From the IMG/VR virus record IMGVR_UViG_3300032332_002159, positions 1 through 29,791 of that record: DNA of 29,791 nucleotides. One strand, 5' to 3'. Shown here piece after piece: positions 27,661-29,791 of the stretch. The stretch comes from a virus (Duplodnaviria > Caudoviricetes). The stretch's first letter is position 1, and every line of letters starts with the position of its first letter. A program made the translations under genes and the position numbers. The notes beneath the pieces are model-generated. The model had not been told where the DNA came from. It saw nothing but the letters and a program-made list of their open reading frames with translations, and did no database searches.

Positions 27661-27675
27661 ATATTTATAATAAAA
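27661..27675 (+). promoter_or_regulatory. Putative late promoter ATATTTATAATAAAA
   Basis: Full motif immediately after the nrdA stop, heading the lysis cassette. Confidence 0.8.
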
Positions 27676-27857
27676 TGTTAAGAAACTACTATAAACCAAC
27701 ACCCACAAAATGGCGAAAGCTAGGTGATGCTTTACTTGGGGTAAGCACTATTATTACAACATTCTCTATTTACAATGAGGTTCAATGGGTTGCTATAACA
27801 GCTTTGATAGCAGGTGTAGTAGGTAAGTTTTTAACAAATTTCTTTACAAAAAATTAA
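27675..27857 (+). CDS. Holin-like small membrane protein (60 aa)
   Basis: Basic N-terminus and two hydrophobic segments, directly upstream of the amidase. Start placed at ATG 27675, downstream of the late motif. Confidence 0.55.
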   Translation: MLRNYYKPTPTKWRKLGDALLGVSTIITTFSIYNEVQWVAITALIAGVVGKFLTNFFTKN

Positions 27858-27860
27858 TTT

Positions 27861-28538
27861 ATGGATTTAGATTTATCAAAAATTAAACAGGTTCCTTTAA
27901 AAGAAACACAATACTTTAAAGAAGAAACCAAAAAAGTAATGATTGTATTACACCACACAGCTGGAAACAGCTCAGGTGTAAGTACAATTAACATGTGGGA
28001 TACTGATGATAGAGGTAGAATTGCAACTTGTGTTGTTATCTCAGGTAAAGGTCAATCTACAAACACGTACGATGGAGAAATTTGCCAAGCGTTTAGTTCT
28101 AAACATTGGGCATACCATTTAGGTCTTAAAACAGACATCTTTAAAGCAAAAAACATTCCTTACAAATCAATTGATCCATTAGCTGTAGCTGTAGAGATTT
28201 GTAATTGGGGACCATTAGAGAAAAAAGGTGAAAAATACTTTAACTACGTTGATAGAGAAGTACCTGTAGATCAAGTCACAGTACTAGACACTCCCTATAA
28301 AGGATTCAAATATTACCACCGTTATACGGATGCACAAATTGAATCAGTAAGACAATTACTTTTATATTGGAATAAAGTGTATGGAATTGATCTTACTTAC
28401 CATGAAGAAGATATGTGGGACATATCTGTAAGAGGTCTTAAAGGTGAAAATGGAGTTTACACTCACAATTCGTTTCGTAAAGACAAATCAGACATCTATC
28501 CATGCCCACGCATGATAGCAATGTTAAAAAGTTTATAA
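27861..28538 (+). CDS. N-acetylmuramoyl-L-alanine amidase (Amidase_2) endolysin
   Basis: IVLHHTAG, WAYHLG, AVEICNWG, YTDAQIES and THNSFRKDKSD motifs. Confidence 0.88.
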   Translation: MDLDLSKIKQVPLKETQYFKEETKKVMIVLHHTAGNSSGVSTINMWDTDDRGRIATCVVISGKGQSTNTYDGEICQAFSSKHWAYHLGLKTDIFKAKNIPYKSIDPLAVAVEICNWGPLEKKGEKYFNYVDREVPVDQVTVLDTPYKGFKYYHRYTDAQIESVRQLLLYWNKVYGIDLTYHEEDMWDISVRGLKGENGVYTHNSFRKDKSDIYPCPRMIAMLKSL

Positions 28539-28554
28539 ACCAAAAACAAATAAA

Positions 28555-28722
28555 ATGACAAAAGAACAAATTTTCGGTGTCGTACGACACATTTTGACGT
28601 TTGCTGGTGGTTTCCTTGTAGTAAAAGGATACTTCGATGAAGCAATGCTTAATGAATTGATTGGTGGTGCTATTGCTTTGGCTGGTACCGTTTGGTCAAT
28701 CATTGACAAGAACAAAAAGTAA
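28555..28722 (+). CDS. Holin-like small membrane protein (55 aa), not in the supplied ORF track
   Basis: MTKEQIFGVVRHILTFAGGFLVVKGYFDEAMLNELIGGAIALAGTVWSIIDKNKK: two TM segments and a basic C-terminus; follows the endolysin. Confidence 0.7.
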   Translation: MTKEQIFGVVRHILTFAGGFLVVKGYFDEAMLNELIGGAIALAGTVWSIIDKNKK

Positions 28723-28744
28723 TTAACAACTTTTTTAAAAAAAC

Positions 28745-28775
28745 TAGGCTCCCTAAGGGAGCCTTTTTATATTTA
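28745..28775 (+). promoter_or_regulatory. Possible early-type promoter TAGGCT-N17-TATATTTA overlapping the terminator
   Basis: The TAnnTTTA box matches 17113 and 22766; the upstream box is degenerate. Confidence 0.45.
28746..28768 (+). terminator. Rho-independent terminator closing the lysis cassette
   Basis: AGGCTCCC-TAA-GGGAGCCT followed by TTTT. Confidence 0.88.
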
Positions 28776-28790
28776 ACGAAAATTAAGGTT

Positions 28791-29297
28791 ATGTTATATA
28801 CAACGTCTGATCCAAAACTAGTAAAACGAGAAATTGCAAAATTGCAACCACTAAACTACAATCAATTTATGTGGTGGAGACGTTTTGCCTCAAAAGTTAA
28901 ACCGTTACCTAAAGGTGCTACTTTTCTTCAACGTATTCAAAATCAAGAATATGAATTTTCCCATTACTTTTGGCAGTGGAAACTTACAGAGTTAGAAATT
29001 AATGATTTGCATGTAAAATACAATGGAGATATTAGAAAACTCCTAGAAAAAAACAGTGTTGATCTGGCTCGTAGAAAACGTTTGATCGAGGATTTTGAAA
29101 AGGACGAAGCTACTCGTTTGAAAGCTCTTAGAGATGGTTTTTTAAGAGAGTTTGTCATGTCTAGAGAAGATTATTATCTTCATATTGGAAATTTTGATGG
29201 TACTATAGAAGAGTTCTATATGTACTGTCTCAAAACATTTGATAAATCCGGAAAACCCGTTGAAAGACGTGGTCGACCTAAAAAAGTAGTACAATAA
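28791..29297 (+). CDS. Hypothetical protein with C-terminal AT-hook-like RRGRPKK
   Basis: 168-aa ORF with an AAGGTT-ATG start context. Confidence 0.65.
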   Translation: MLYTTSDPKLVKREIAKLQPLNYNQFMWWRRFASKVKPLPKGATFLQRIQNQEYEFSHYFWQWKLTELEINDLHVKYNGDIRKLLEKNSVDLARRKRLIEDFEKDEATRLKALRDGFLREFVMSREDYYLHIGNFDGTIEEFYMYCLKTFDKSGKPVERRGRPKKVVQ

Positions 29298-29312
29298 CAT
29301 AAATTTAAAATC

Positions 29313-29558
29313 ATGGAAATTAAAGAACGAAATTTTATCATTATAGCTGTAGTTATTTCATGCTGTCTTCTTATGTTACTGAGCTGTAAATCAACTAAAG
29401 ATGATTGTGACGCATATGGATATGTTACAGGAAAAGATACAGTTACAATTGTAACAGAACATATTAACTATAACAATGTATGCTCTGAAAGTGCAACCAT
29501 TAAAACCGTAATTACTGACACAATATATTTTAGAAAACATGATGTACAATTTAACTAA
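29313..29558 (+). CDS. Putative lipoprotein
   Basis: Basic N-region, hydrophobic stretch and LLS-C lipobox followed by KSTKDDCDAYG. Confidence 0.6.
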   Translation: MEIKERNFIIIAVVISCCLLMLLSCKSTKDDCDAYGYVTGKDTVTIVTEHINYNNVCSESATIKTVITDTIYFRKHDVQFN

Positions 29559-29655
29559 ATGGTTCGAAATGAACTGGGGATGGGTTTTTATTAAACCTAG
29601 AAGACGAGTAGCATATGCAGCATTTTTAAGAAAAAAGTATGGAGAAAAAAAATGA
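29539..29655 (+). CDS. Small hypothetical peptide (38 aa), not in the supplied ORF track
   Basis: [38 protein letters not shown] fills the gap and ends in an ATGA overlap with thyA. Confidence 0.5.
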   Translation: MMYNLTKWFEMNWGWVFIKPRRRVAYAAFLRKKYGEKK

Positions 29656-29779
29656 ATAATTTAGATAAACAATACACAGATTTACTTCAAGATATTTTAG
29701 ATAATGGAGTAAAAAAAGAAGATAGAACTGGCACAGGAACACTTTCTGTATTCGGTAGACAGATCCGACACAAAATGAG
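29652..29779 (+). CDS. thyA: Thymidylate synthase, N-terminal fragment (runs off the contig)
   Basis: [40 protein letters not shown] is the ThyA N-terminal signature. Confidence 0.88.
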
Positions 29780-29791
29780 AGATCGGAAGAG
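29780..29791 (+). other. Illumina adapter remnant
   Basis: Terminal AGATCGGAAGAG is the standard TruSeq adapter start. Confidence 0.9.

Noticed and set aside
1178-29158. About twenty short minus-strand ORFs and nested plus-strand ORFs (e.g. 14048, 17786) in the ORF track
   Set aside because: All are shadows of well-supported + strand genes and carry no recognisable motifs.
1-29791. Stop-codon reassignment, since no called gene ends in TAG
   Set aside because: Conserved genes are full length under code 11 with no in-frame TAG or TGA, and TGA is used as a stop in ATGA/GTGA overlaps. TAG scarcity is expected at this AT content.
1-29791. tRNA genes, CRISPR arrays, integrase or att sites
   Set aside because: Intergenic gaps are under about 90 nt and are accounted for by promoters and terminators; no cloverleaf, repeat-spacer array or recombinase seen.

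Overview
A 29.8-kb AT-rich fragment of a large lytic, contractile-tailed (myovirus, distantly T4-like) bacteriophage genome. All credible genes are on the + strand and read with the standard code. Order: (i) a sulfation cassette (5'-truncated sulfotransferase, APS kinase, small HIGH-family nucleotidyltransferase, DUF2061-like membrane protein); (ii) a tail module (two tandem sheath paralogs, tube, gp26/gp51-like pair apparently joined by a +1/-2 frameshift, tape measure, baseplate proteins, hub with a C-terminal tail lysozyme); (iii) a replication/nucleotide module (compact divergent PolA, gp32-like SSB, RecA/UvsX, 5'-3' exonuclease, DnaB-like helicase, NrdB, NrdA) with several inserted orphan genes; (iv) a lysis cassette (holin-like, amidase, holin-like); (v) small genes and the start of thyA. 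Two promoter-like motifs can be read from the sequence: ATATTTATA(ATAAAA) before structural and lysis genes, and TTGGAN-N17-TAnnTT before replication genes. The second motif, the absence of Shine-Dalgarno sites and an LLSC lipoprotein point to a Bacteroidota host (inference). The last 12 nt are Illumina adapter. All family calls come from motif recognition by eye, not from database searches.
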